64,000 nucleotides of DNA from Octopus sinensis (lineage: Eukaryota), in contig NC_043011.1 of NCBI RefSeq assembly GCF_006345805.1, forward strand, positions 37,212,464 to 37,276,463, read 5' to 3'. Shown here piece by piece: positions 1 to 12,073 of this stretch. Position numbers and translations under genes: made by a program. The notes under the pieces were generated by a model that saw only the letters and a program-made list of their open reading frames with translations, was not told where the DNA came from and searched no databases. Every line of letters starts with the position of its first letter. Positions within the stretch are counted from its first letter, which is position 1.

Positions 1-7
1 ACACACG

Positions 8-41
<34 letters not shown>

Positions 42-49
42 CGTATATA

Positions 50-212
50 CATCGAGCTTCTTTCAGTTTGCGTCTACCAAATCCACTCACAAGGCTTGGG
101 TTGGCCCGAGGCTATTGTAGAAGACACTAGCCCGAAGTGCCATGCAGTGGGACTGAACCAGGAACCATGTGGTTCATAAGGAACTACTTACCACATAGCC
201 ACTCCTACGCCT
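50..212 (-). mobile_element. SINE family B (tRNA-like head, internal microsatellite), 5' portion
   Basis: Reverse complement of the head AGTGGCTGTGTGGTAAG...GGTTCAGTCCCACTGC...TGAAAGAAGC seen in about 10 other copies in the window. Confidence 0.8.
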
Positions 213-779
213 ATGTATGTAAACGCTACAAATAAACAATTCTGTCGTTAGCTTTTCAGTATTGAATTTATACATTTAAATATTTAATATTTTTATCTAC
301 GTTCCTTCAGACGGGTCCTTTGTAAATCGTTGCATATTAATAAGCGGATCCTTTTTTTTTATGTTGTGAATCTAGACCATAAACATGGACACTATTTACG
401 CTGTAGAAAAGAATCTTGTCTCCGATATCAGATTTTATAATTAGAAATCTAATGTGCAATTCAGTTCAATAACAGCTGGATAATTATCAATTGTTTCTGA
501 ATTTCAAATTATAAATCTGAACAAATGCAACTTGCCTTGCATAATTAGAGAACACTGTGATATTCAATACGCACAGAATGTGGCATGCATAATTATATGC
601 AATAAATAAATAGATAGATAAAGCCGTACTGTAATTCATATACAGTTTGTTTAATGCAATACGATGTGTCTATAATATCAGTGTTTACAGCATGGAGAAA
701 AAAAACAACTTCATAACGTACATGTAGGCATAGCTCAAGACTTCTTTCTGAACACTTCGAAGTCAACGGGTAACACGGA

Positions 780-942
780 AACTTAGGCAAAATGCATATA
801 TTACGATATTCATAAAACAAAAATTCTGCATATATATTATATGTGTGTGTATGTTTCTGTGTCTGGATGCATGTATGTGCGTTTGTGTGCCTGTGTGTTT
901 ATATATATACATACCATATGTACATATATACATATATACACA

Positions 943-1023
<81 letters not shown>

Positions 1024-1030
1024 TAATAAT
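780..1030. repeat. (TA)n/(TG)n microsatellite tract
   Basis: Direct reading; gives spurious YI-repeat ORFs. Confidence 0.95.
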
Positions 1031-1111
1031 GATATAAAAACCAACTTACAGGGAAAAATCAGATTTATGATTGAATCTAATTTTATAGTAAAATATTATA
1101 TTATATTAAAT

Positions 1112-1270
1112 TAGAGATAAAACCACTATTAGGCAAATCATACAATGAAAAACTTAAGCCAATATATCTTTAATAATTTTGTTATATTTTTAAATAATAT
1201 AAATTAATAATCTTATGTATTGGCTTAAGTTTTTCATTGTATGATTTGCCTAATAGTGGTTTTATCTCTA
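1112..1270. repeat. Perfect 53-bp inverted repeat (fold-back or MITE-like)
   Basis: 1112-1164 is the exact reverse complement of 1218-1270; flanked by TA-rich tracts. Confidence 0.9.
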
Positions 1271-1291
1271 TTGAATATAATATATATATAT

Positions 1292-1339
<48 letters not shown>

Positions 1340-1714
1340 TATTCAGTTATTCATTTTCTTGTTTCAGTAATTTGATGCGGCCATTCTAGAGCACCACATT
1401 TAGTCCAACACATTGAACTCAGGACTTATTCTTTGTAAGCATTGTATTTATTCTATCCGTCTCTTTTGCGGAACCGCTTTATTACGGGGACGAAAACACC
1501 ACCAACCTCGGTTGTCAAGCGATGGTAAGGGACAAGCACGCGCACACACACACATACACACACACACACACAAATATATACATGGTATTTATAGAATGTT
1601 AAACACTTTCGGTATGTAAATTAGGGACTCCTTCGGAGAGTAATTGCTGCATTTGTTGAGTATATAAACCGTTTGTCTGCTTGTTTCTCTGGAGACTGTC
1701 AAAATGATGTGGAC

Positions 1715-1757
1715 GCCTCTGATGAAAACCTAAGAAGGTTCGAAAATCGATTCAGGT
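1715..1757 (+). ncRNA. Minimal type I hammerhead-like motif
   Basis: gcct-CTGATGA-a-aacct(aaga)aggtt-c-GAAA-atcgat(palindrome)-TC-aggt; stems I, II and III all pair; A-C mismatch at the base of stem II. Confidence 0.55.
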
Positions 1758-1829
1758 TGTTCATCATCTTTTTCGGTTTGCAGGGAAATGGCAAACATTT
1801 TCCCGGTTTAAAATTATACCATATGTTAC

Positions 1830-1874
<45 letters not shown>

Positions 1875-1877
<3 letters not shown>

Positions 1878-2003
1878 AAAAAATACAAACTGGGACAAAA
1901 ACATTTAGAAGACGATACAAAAAACACGGACGGGACATTCGAAGCCTTCAATCTTCAGTCAAGAACCGGATCATCCTCGCAATTTCGGCTGATTAATCTT
2001 GAT
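1875..2003. repeat. Dispersed repeat, possibly PLE-terminal (second copy at 56215-56352)
   Basis: Shared GGACGGGACATTCGAAGCC...CAGTCAAGAACC...CGCAATTTCGGCTGATTAATCTTGA. Confidence 0.7.
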
Positions 2004-2164
2004 AATATATATATATATACGACAGGTTTCTTTCAGTTTCCGTCTACCAAATCATTTGGCCGGTCCGAGGCTATAGTAAGAACCACTTGCCCACGGTGCC
2101 AGGGAGTGGAACTGAACCCGAAACCATGTGATTCGGATACAAGCTTCTTACCACATGCCAAAAT

Positions 2165-2570
2165 GTTTCTGAAAACCCTTCTTTACCATACCTAGGTATG
2201 GTAAATAACTGGAATATTTCTTGCTTTAAGATGCCATATCTTTTGTATTTCAATTTCCAAATCCTTGTATTCACTTAATTTATCAATTTTATTTTTATCA
2301 GTGGGACCGCTTACATCTATTAGTCTACAAGTATTTTCTTCCCTGTCTTTAATAAGTATGTCTGGTCGACTAGGTTTGGATCGTTCTGTCCCTGTAGACT
2401 GGAAAATCCCAGAGTATAGTGACATTATTACCTTCAATGACAGGTGATTCTGTACCAGTAAGTAGGAGTGCTGATTTTGTAGTGTTTGCATATTTTCCGA
2501 TGAAAATACTGTCCTACCGTATCGTGACAATTTTGTATACGTTCGGTGTCAGCACAGATCATCCCGAAAC
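2165..2570 (-). mobile_element. RLE-type (R4/Dong/NeSL-like) non-LTR retrotransposon, 3' fragment
   Basis: Frameshifted RHDTVGQYFHRKICKHY, then RPDILIKD...CRLIDVSGP...KLSEYKDLEIEIQKIW: the restriction-like endonuclease region. Confidence 0.8.
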
Positions 2571-2574
2571 GAGA

Positions 2575-2678
<104 letters not shown>

Positions 2679-2717
2679 TATACATGCACACCAACACACA
2701 CACATATATAGGCACAC

Positions 2718-2869
2718 ACGTGGTTGTGTGGTAAAAAACCTGCTTCCCAATCACATGCTTTTGGGATCAGACGCACTGCGTGTCACCTTTGGCAAGTTTT
2801 TCATAATATAGTCTCTGGCCGACCAAAACACTTTGAGTGGATTTAGTAGGCGAAAACTGAAAGAAGTCC

Positions 2870-2872
<3 letters not shown>
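2718..2872 (+). mobile_element. SINE family B head, diverged
   Basis: Similar to the other B heads, ending GAAAACTGAAAGAAG. Confidence 0.65.
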
Positions 2873-2927
<55 letters not shown>

Positions 2928-3054
2928 TCTATTGGAGATGCTTGAAGCATTGTGTATTGTTGGTAAAGAATAAAAAGATTTGAATGGTACAACAATGCAC
3001 TATAATACAGACAATTGGCTATATACCAGTTGTAATTTAGTCATCCATAGTCTG

Positions 3055-3091
3055 ATATGATATTTCGGAATAATATTCCTTCTTCAGATAT
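3055..3091 (-). ncRNA. Minimal type I hammerhead at the 3' end of the PLE
   Basis: atat-CTGAAGA-a-ggaat(att)attcc-GAAA-ta-TC-atat; intact core; predicted cut after C3059. Confidence 0.7.
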
Positions 3092-4201
3092 TCTTAGATG
3101 GAGTCGCTGCTATAATCAGTTTTCTAACGGGTTTTCTTTATTATTATTTTTTTGGGGGGGCGAGCGTCTCAGCAGTGGTCTCACGAAGCCCCTTCCGGAA
3201 TTCCCATGAGATGTGCGTGAGGCCAGCCATGTCTCAAACTCGTATTTGCTGGTTCATCCGTAGCGCAACTTCTAAGTTATGTATTATACGTGCAGCTTCC
3301 TTTTCGCCGTTCTTTTTTTCTCTTCTCTTCTTTTTGTTTTGTTATAAACCACAAATGAACCTACACGCATCCAGATGTAGCTCAATAATGCATTGATTAC
3401 CGACCTCCAGCCTGTTGTTAATGTGGGGCCCTAGTCCGTGTATGAGTATAGCTTCCTTAATTCTTAAATAACCCAAATTTCTTTAATTGGCCTCAGTTGT
3501 GCCTGTTATGCTTTTGTCAGTGTTCTGGCATCTGCTAGATGTTTTCTGAAGGAGGAAGCTCTCGTGTTCAGAGGTTCTTTGATGCGGACGTGTAACGGTC
3601 TTTGTGCTACACACATAGAACTTTTTGCATTTGTTACATTGTATTCTATACACAACATTAACCCGTTGGCATAAATCTGTGTCACGGATGGGACAGCTTG
3701 TTAGTGTACATTGATTGTTGCCCCTTGTTTGTTTCTTAGTGAGATATCCTCTCAGAGGGGGGCCGGATTGGGCTAGTTGTATGTCTAGCCCTTCTCTTCT
3801 TATGGCTCTCCGGATGGATGTAGTTATTCTCTCGCTAAACTGGGGTATTTTAAGGAAGCATGTGTTGCTGGTTTTTTTTTATATATTCGGCGTGTTGGTC
3901 GTCTTGGGTACTTAATCCGATTTACACTGGATCTAGGGTACCCGTTGGTTTTCAATATATCTAGGAAGCGTGTAGTGTGGGTTACCTTGTCCTCCGTTCT
4001 ACTGCATTTACCCTGGATGCGTGCAAGTTTATATCTGGCGTATCCTGTTTTAGAAGTGCTGAATTGTACTGGACAAATATATCTCTACTGGCTGCTTTGC
4101 TGTAGAACTCGGTGTGGATCACCTCTTCTTCCGTTATATTCAGTTTGAAGTCAAGTGGTGATACTGATCCAGTAATGTCAGGATGTTCTAGAGTGATCTT
4201 A

Positions 4202-4597
4202 GTGGAGGCGCAATGGCCCAGTGGTTATGGCAGCGGACTCGCGGTCATAGGATCGCGGTTTCGATTCACAGACCGAGCGTTGTGAGTGTTTATTGAGCGA
4301 AAACACCTAAAGCTCCACGAGGCTCCGGCAGGGGATGCTGGTGATCCCTGCTGTACTCTTTCACTACAACTTTCTCTCACTCTTACTTCCTGTTTCTGTT
4401 GTACCTGTATTTCAAAGGGCCGGCCTTGTCACTCTCTGTGTCACGCTGAATATCCCCGAGAACTACGTTAAGGGTACACGTGTCTGCGGAGTGCTCAGCC
4501 ACTTACACGTTAATTTCACGAGCAGGCTGTTCCGTTGATTCGGATCAACCGGAACCCTCATCGTCGTAACCGACGGAGTGCTTCCTCCTCCTCCTAC
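4202..4597 (+). mobile_element. SINE family A, full length, inserted into the PLE1 RT
   Basis: tRNA-like head GGAGGCGCAATGGCCCAGTGGTTA..GGTTTCGATT; TSD AGTGATCTTA at 4192-4201 and 4598-4607; splits IKIT|LEHP. Confidence 0.92.
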
Positions 4598-4789
4598 AGT
4601 GATCTTAATATTCATGTCCATGTTATTAAACGTCGTGAAAATTCTTGCATCTACGTACCTGGTGAAGAAGGCGCATGAGCGGCAGATTTTGAGTGCTCGA
4701 CGTTCCAGATGGTTCATATAAGAGATGGTTAGTAGGCCCGAGAGACGAGATATCATAGGAGACCTGTTGTCTGTTTGTATATATGATCC

Positions 4790-5170
4790 TGGAAAGAGAC
4801 CTAGGTGTTGTGCACGATGATGGACAAAAGTTCATGCATATCGCTCCAGCATTGAAGGCCCTCTATATAAAGTATCCTGGTTACTTTCCCACATCCTGAA
4901 ACCCATACACTCCACCTTTCCTGGACACTTCAAGATCTCCGATGAAGTCATAAAAATACTGCACCAATTGCTCCTAGACCAACTCAGGCAAAACAGATAT
5001 GCCTTTAGTCTTGAGATTGTCTCAATGTACACAACGGTGAGGACACACTCCGCGGTCAACCTACTTACTAACTGCATAATAGCGTCCGTCATCCAATGCT
5101 TCGGACTTAGCGCAGCTCATATGCATCAACGTTTGTCCATCATCGAGGACAACACCTACTTCTTGAAGTT
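4790..5170 (+). mobile_element. Inverted upstream RT segment of PLE1
   Basis: SSIEGPLYKVSWLLSHILKP..SLEIVSMYTTV..IIEDNTYF; this precedes IYKQ in the RT but lies on the opposite strand. Confidence 0.8.
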
Positions 5171-5179
5171 ATATAACAT

Positions 5180-5350
5180 ATTTCTTGAAGTTATATGGCA
5201 AATTGAGAACGAGAGAAAAAAAACAGATACACATTCGAATATAAAATCTTAGATGAACAAACGCAGACACAAGCAAGGGCGCGTGCGCATATACACACAC
5301 ACACACACAGATGCATACACAGAAATCCTCACACCCATATGCGCACACAC
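5180..5350 (+). repeat. Diverged direct duplicate of 6510-6690
   Basis: Shared TTTCTTGAAGTTATATG.CAAATTGA.AACGAGAGAAAA...ACACATTCGAA...TAGATGAACAAACGCAGACAC. Confidence 0.8.
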
Positions 5351-5359
5351 TCTTACAGA

Positions 5360-5445
5360 GAATAGGCCGTGGCGTCAATTTCTTCGACTAAAGGCGGTGC
5401 TCCTGCATGGCCGCTGTCAAATGATTGAAACGTGTAACAGAGTTA
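5360..5445 (+). mobile_element. SINE family B 3' tail fragment
   Basis: TCGACTAAAGGCGGTGCTCC.GCATGGCCGC.GTCAAATGA.TGAAAC. Confidence 0.75.
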
Positions 5446-5463
5446 TATACTATATGCATGTAT

Positions 5464-5538
<75 letters not shown>

Positions 5539-5574
5539 TATATACGCAATGAAAAATTGTAAAAATGCAGAATG

Positions 5575-5643
<69 letters not shown>

Positions 5644-5759
5644 TCATACATATATGTATACCCACACTCGTGTATATATATGTATATAAGGAGTAAATAT
5701 TCAAACGAATATGCATATAGATATTCTCATTGTTATTACTATCAGCGGCAAACAATATA

Positions 5760-5824
<65 letters not shown>

Positions 5825-5922
5825 ATAGGTGGTATGAAGCTATAATAGCGTTAAATAGCTAGAGAATAAAATGTATAATTATAACAGAGGGCACATGATA
5901 CGCCTACTTGCTAGAAAGTATA

Positions 5923-5959
<37 letters not shown>

Positions 5960-6943
5960 TGTATATGTGTGTGCTCGCGACGGTGTGTGTGTATATAGAT
6001 TTATGTATGTATATATTAATATTTGTATACATGTATGTATGGATGTATGAATGAATGCATAAATATATATATATATGTTTAGTGCATGAGAGATGGGTAT
6101 AGATAGATGGACACGCCTGTAATGTATCACACGAATTGCGTAATAATACCGTACGCCATTTAGCCATCAGTCTTTTCCACTCTTACCGTAATACATACTT
6201 CTTGCTCTTCACTAAACACACACCTGCTTCTTTTCTTGCCTAGAATGCACTATCTTCGTTTATTCAATAAATCTTTGCGACCAAGCAAAATACATTCATG
6301 GATTTAATAAACTACTTTAAAATATCCAATATTTCCAAAATAGAAACCTATTTGTTGAGAGTATTATGGAATACTATAGAGATTCTTTAAAGAAAATATA
6401 TAATGTATGGAGAATTCCTCGAGGAATTCCTGTAATATTAATTCACACAAATATATGAAATTTGGTTCAGGTACATTTTTTTATTATTTTCTTTGGAATT
6501 TTTGAAGCAAAGATTTCTTGAAGTTATATGACAAATTGAAAACGAGAGAAAAGATAGAGACACATTCGAAGACATATGAAAGCATAGATGAACAAACGCA
6601 GACACACGCGAGAGCGCGATCGCATATATATATACATACACACACAGATGCACACACTCAAATGCACACACACTCATACACACTCGTGCGCACGCACACA
6701 CATACATATGCATACACACACACATATATATGCATATAGAAGTATTTGTACATATACGAACGCGGGAAAAAATATATGAAAATGGCTCTCATTATTTATT
6801 ACTGAATCAATCACAAATTCAGATGCCAGTAACGAAGGATTCTCTCTCTCTCTCTCTCCCTCTCTCATCTCTCTCCAACTCACAAACTCACTCTTTATTC
6901 ATCTATCTCTCTATCTATCTATTTATCAATCTATCTGTCTACA

Positions 6944-6990
<47 letters not shown>

Positions 6991-7287
6991 GCATATACCA
7001 TATATATATAAATATGTGTATGTGTTTGTATTACGTATGTCTACATGTATGTGTATATTCATGTATACTCGCACGCATACAATCACATACACGCACACAC
7101 ACATATACACACTGAATCATCTATATACGCATACATAAATATAATGATGTGCATATATTATAGTGATATCATTATAATCATATACACTCCCTATATATGC
7201 ACTATATTCATATTTATGTATTTATTCATGTGTCCATATACAACTATTTATATATAAATGTGTATGTTATATATTATATATATATGT

Positions 7288-7326
<39 letters not shown>

Positions 7327-7393
7327 CTGTATACATTTACATATATGCGTGCATATATACATATATATATATGTGTGTGCATTTTGTATTATG

Positions 7394-7433
<40 letters not shown>

Positions 7434-8097
7434 TAAAATATACATACATAAATATTTATATTTATATATATATACATAAATGTCATGAAGTTCGAGATGC
7501 ACGCACTATAAATCGTTGATGTTTATTCGCTCTTAAAATGACAGCATCTCCATTGGGTAAAGCGTCAAAGGATTACGTTCTTTTAAGAATGTTGCCGGGT
7601 TGCTATTGACTGTCTTTTATCAAAGATATATTCACAAACATTGCGTATTCCTATTTTCTCCTTTACATTTCTTAATTTCAATAAGTAGTGTATGAAAATA
7701 TCGATTATCTGATCAAAAGTCTTGACGCATCCTATTGTATCCTTTTAATTTCTCAGTCGTAATTCCTACCTGGGTTGCGTCAATAGTATTTACTTTCACC
7801 AGAATTCAATGCAGATTCAAAGGATTTGGTATTAGGAATATAAGAGTCTATTTCTGTTAATTTAAGGCCAACATCCGGTCTACGACAGATATAAAAGCTG
7901 GTCGTATAATATAATGCCTTATAAATGACTAGGAATGGTCTCTGAAATCATAATCTATCATTTTAAAATGTTGAGAAAACAACAGTATTATTAGAATAAC
8001 ACGCAAACGTATGTATATAGGTTTATGCAGTTATGTGTCTGTATGTGTGTGCGTACATACACACATACATCCTCACATATATACATATATACATAGT

Positions 8098-8305
8098 ACC
8101 GTCTGACTGGCCCTCGTGCCGGTGGCACGTGAAAGCACCCACTACACTCTCAGAGTGGTTGTCGTTAGAAAAGGTATCTAGCTGTAGAAACACTGCCAGA
8201 TCAGATAGGGGTCCGGTGCAGCCATCTGGTTCGCCAGAAATCAATCAAATTGTCCAACCATGCTAGCTTGGAAAGCGGACGTAAACGATGATGATGATGA
8301 TGATG
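8098..8305 (+). mobile_element. SINE or LINE 3' end, family E, with (GAT)n tail
   Basis: GGTGGCACGT.AAAGC...CACTCTC.G.GT.GTTG.CGTTA ending GGA.GT.AA; second copy at 62905-63205. Confidence 0.7.
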
Positions 8306-8374
8306 ATATATATTGTATATATATATCATTATATATATATATATATTATATATATATAATATTAATATATACAT

Positions 8375-8570
8375 TACGGAGATGTACCTGCATAGCAAGT
8401 GATCGGATCTGAGATCGCGTGCTTGAACCAAAACATTTGCAACGTGGAAGTTGTTTATAAGCCATTTAAACACACAGAAAAATATTTTAATTTAATTTGT
8501 TAAAAATAATATTTTCGTCGCTTTGATACCGCGAATTATTCACTGAGAAAATTCCGTGCTGCATTCCGTG
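8375..8570. repeat. Diverged member of the ATTACGGAGATGTAC terminal-repeat family (related to 50127-50342)
   Basis: Starts ATTACGGAGATGTAC..CATAGCAAGT, the reverse complement of the end at 50342; internal TATTTTCGTCGCT...TTCACTGA is shared. Confidence 0.7.
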
Positions 8571-8797
8571 TGTTGTTGTTGTATAAACATAATTTCTATA
8601 TCTCACAAAGAGATATATTCAGTAACAATTATTAAAGTAAACCTATCGGAAATACCGTGTGGTATAGCCAGCTGACAACGAGGTTTCCTAGGGCTAAACA
8701 GCCAAGTAACAATTCGTCGGCCAGGATAGCCATAATTATTTGTTCGCCATAACTTATTGATATCTATTATATTATTATATATATATATATATATATA

Positions 8798-9035
8798 TAA
8801 AGGGTAAAGACCCCCTTCGGTCATGACTGACCATGGGATTGCACCTAGAAAGTTACCCTCCTAGACACAAGTCCGGGCAAGGTTGTTTATGGAAGACCAG
8901 CAGTCGCCCATGCATACCAGCCTCTCCTCTCCACGCCACCAGTGTTATCCAAGGGAAAGACAAAGGTCGATACAGCTTGGCACCAGTATCGTCGCAACTC
9001 ATTTCTACAGCTGAGTGAACTGGAGCAACGTGAAA
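8798..9035 (-). mobile_element. SINE family D, truncated
   Basis: GC-richer repeat ending (minus strand) CCCATGGTCAGTCATGACCGAAGGGGGTCTTTACCCTT; recognised from memory of octopus repeats, single copy here. Confidence 0.55.
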
Positions 9036-9039
9036 TATA

Positions 9040-10235
9040 TATATATATAGTATGAGTTTGGAAGGAGTTCTCGGTCCTTCTAGAATAAAGTAGAAATTGC
9101 ATTAACAGATATAAGAGTTAGGTAACTGGGACATTTTGTGCCTCTTGCAGTTGAGAGAAAGCTAGAGGTATGGTGAAAGCAAGATGGTGCGCCCACTGAC
9201 TGAAGCCTTAAAGTCAATTTTTGAAAGGAAGATAGTTTCGAGAAACTCTGAATTCAATTGAACTTCGGGCTCACCTGATTCAGCTGATCCACACTTTATC
9301 TTGTAGAGATGTCTAAAAGACAGAGGTTTCCGCTCAAGCCTCGGACCGTCAAGCAATTTGAAGCCAATATCCGTGAATAAATTTAAAGAATAAGCCAATA
9401 AACTTTATGAAAGATAAGGGAAGGAACATGGAGGAAAAGTGAGTGTGCCGGAAAGACAGGAAGATAGAAGAGACCTGCCAACAACATTGTGTGAGAGAGA
9501 TGTAGAGATGAAAGAAATGCCGATAGAAGTAACATTAGAAGAGACTAATGATGGAAAACAGGAAGATATGTGGAAGCACTCCGTCGGTTACGACGATGAG
9601 GGTTCCGGTTGATCCGATCAATGGAACAGCCTGCTCGTGAAATTAACGTGTAAGTGGCTGAGTACTCCACAGACACGTGCACCCTTAACGTAGTTCTCGG
9701 GGATATTCAGCGTGACACAGAGAGTGACAAGGCTGGCCCCTTGAAATACAGGTACAACAGAAACAGGAAGTAAGAGTGAGAGAAAGTTGTGGTGAAAGAG
9801 TACAGCAGGAATTACCACCATCCCCTGCCGGAGCGTCGTGGAGCTTTTAGGTATTTTCGCTCAATAAACACTCACAACGCCCGGTCTGGGAATCGAAACC
9901 GCGATCCTATGACTGCGAGTCCGCTGCCCTAACCACTGGGCCATTGCGCCTCCACACAGGAAGATATACTAAAAGGGAAACATACGGACTATGATAAATT
10001 ATTAAAAAAGTGTGAAGACTGAGAAAATAAAATAACCAAGATGAAACATGTAATTAGGATTAAATTAACGGCGAATGAGTACAACGAAGGCTACGAAGCA
10101 GACTTACTTGAGAAAGAGAGAGGAGAGAAGTTGAAAGACCTGTTTGGAGAGATAATAGAAATATCGCCGGCACAGGTTCGCTTTGACGAGTTGCCACCAG
10201 TGGTGGCATTTGAGGATTTAATACAGTATAAATGA
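9040..10235 (+). pseudogene. Decayed purine-rich reading frame of unknown origin, interrupted by SINE A
   Basis: Removing the SINE and one TSD joins ..EETNDGKQED|ILKGKHTDYDK..MKHVIRIKLTANEYNEGYEADLLEKE..; contains internal stops. Confidence 0.35.
9570..9955 (-). mobile_element. SINE family A, full length
   Basis: Near-identical to 4202-4597; TSD ACAGGAAGATAT at 9558-9569 and 9956-9967. Confidence 0.92.
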
Positions 10236-10322
10236 CAGTAAGTAAAAATTTTCAATAGTGACTTTTAACAAAGCTGTAAAACGAATAATGAACTGAGTGT
10301 TAATTGTTATACATAAACAGTT

Positions 10323-10707
10323 GTGGAGGCGCAATGGCCCAGTGGTTAGGGCTGCGGTCATAGGATCGCGGTTTCGATTCCCAGACCGGGCGTTGTGAGT
10401 GTTTATTGAGCGAAAACACCTAAAGCTCCACGAGGCTCCGGCAGGGGATGGTGGTGATCACACCACACCTCTTTCACCACAACTTTCTCTCACTCTTACT
10501 TCCTGTTTCTGATGTACCTGTATTTCAAGGGGCCGGCCTTGTCACTCTCTGTGTCACGCTGAATATCCCCGAGAACTACGTTAAGGGTACACGTGTCTGT
10601 GGAGTGCTCAGCCACTTACACGCTAATTTCACGAGCAGGCTGTTCCGTTGATCGGATCAACCGGAACCCTCGTCGTCGTAACCGACGGAGTGCTTCCATT
10701 TCATTCC
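10323..10707 (+). mobile_element. SINE family A, full length (small deletion in head)
   Basis: TSD ACATA(A/T)ACAGTT at 10311-10322 and 10708-10719. Confidence 0.9.
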
Positions 10708-11844
10708 ACATATACAGTTAAATGACACTGTGTGCGAGTGGGGGCGGGTAGGTAAGACATTTCATTTCTATTTTATGATTATAATTCATAATTTCATTCG
10801 TTATATGTTTTATGTACTCCACTGTGTTTTGTTGTGTGTCCATGTATCGTCCTTCCTTGTATGAGCCTGTGTACTTAAAATAAAGAAACAGGTGCTAGTT
10901 CGACCATGTTGTTTAACCGTGTTAGGTCGACGTGTGTTGATTTAACAGTCGGCAGTGCAACAGTTAATACTCAGCTTCGTACCCACGATCGAGTAGTATG
11001 GAGTGCGTGCTGTTTTAACAAATATAATCGCGATACGTTATTTTTACATAACCAAGACTAACTGGTTATTTGTGTAATACTATTTTATACCAGATGCGTA
11101 TACACACGTTATAACAGATTTGATACTATAGGGTTTTACATGCCGATTGGTATTTAGCTACTATTTCTTACAGGTAGAGAAACGTCACACGTTTTCACCC
11201 ATAAGCTCGAAATTCTAGTAGGCTGTTAATTGTTATTGTGACATTTCTGTTAATGAATCTCCCAAGATTTCTGCTGTATTCAGCAAAATTAATAACGGAT
11301 ACACTAATTAGATGTCATTTCTTTAAATAATACCATTTTAAAACAACTTTTTCATTGAATTTTTTTTTGCAAAACGAAATCCTCATGTAGGAAATTGCTA
11401 TTAAATATAACACAAAATTTTCCTGACAACACTAAAACTAATTTGTTTGTACTTTATATGTATTAATTTGTTATGTTAATTTTTGTTTTTAATTTATATT
11501 TGAAGAATTTCTAAGATGCTTTCGCCAGGAAGCTGAACGAGTTTTGAAATATTTATATGTTTTTCATGAACTTCTGGAATAACGAATAACTTCTATTTTG
11601 CCAGGAGATAACAAAGGCATCATTTCCAATTAATTCCATGAATAATTGAAACCATTTCGCATGACAGAATAATGACCTTGGTAAAGCTATTGCAGAAATA
11701 TCTCTCTTTATTCACTAACAGCCCTTACAGTCTGTGCATATTTAGAAGTTAATTAATATACACGCATACACAAACATGCACACGCCTACATGTACATTAA
11801 CAAATATGTAAATATACATACATACACAAACATGTATATATATA

Positions 11845-12025
11845 TATATAGGGAAATTTTACGAAAGAAACAAAAGACGAAGACAGGTGGTGTACAAAAC
11901 AAACAGATGTATTAGTATAACGTTCAGGAATAGAAGAAGTCTTTTACGTTTCGAACCTACGCTCTTCTACAAAAAGGTACACAGAAAAAACAAGGAGAGA
12001 AAAAAATGTGTGTAGTGGCTAAAAA
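11845..12025 (-). repeat. Repeat family G with HHR-like motif (copies at 47150-47345 and 58100-58290)
   Basis: Shared GAAGAGCGTAGG(C/T)TCGAAACGTAAAA and ACCTGTCT.CGTCTTTTGTT. Confidence 0.8.
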
Positions 12026-12073
12026 TATATATATATAAAGTTATAAATAATGGTATCTAAGAATTATTACCAT

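Larger units (their letters stand above)
1358..2160 (-). mobile_element. SINE family B split by a nested insertion
   Basis: 3' half at 1358-1538 and 5' head at 2020-2160, with unrelated sequence inside the internal microsatellite. Confidence 0.7.
3050..4790 (-). mobile_element. Penelope-like element (PLE1), degenerate RT C-terminal half and downstream region
   Basis: IYKQTTGL..SRLSGLLTISYMNHLE..FTRYVD..FNNMDMNIKIT|LEHPD..LDFKLNI..FYSK..LKTNGYP..FLKIPQFSERIT..RREGLDIQL; ends at an HHR. The GIY-YIG region is barely recognisable. Confidence 0.85.

Noticed and set aside
4204-4275. tRNA-like sequences at SINE heads (also 10325, 26485, 32241, 36577, 49003)
   Set aside because: They continue directly into SINE bodies with TSDs and lack a complete cloverleaf; not called as tRNA genes
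6412-6429. Perfect 18-bp palindrome GAATTC-CTCGAG-GAATTC resembling an EcoRI-XhoI-EcoRI linker
   Set aside because: One such palindrome per 64 kb is not far from chance expectation, and no vector sequence flanks it
8640-8690. GAAA-tacc(gtgt)ggta-TA...CTGACAA, a type II HHR-like order
   Set aside because: No room for stem I, and G8 is mutated without compensation
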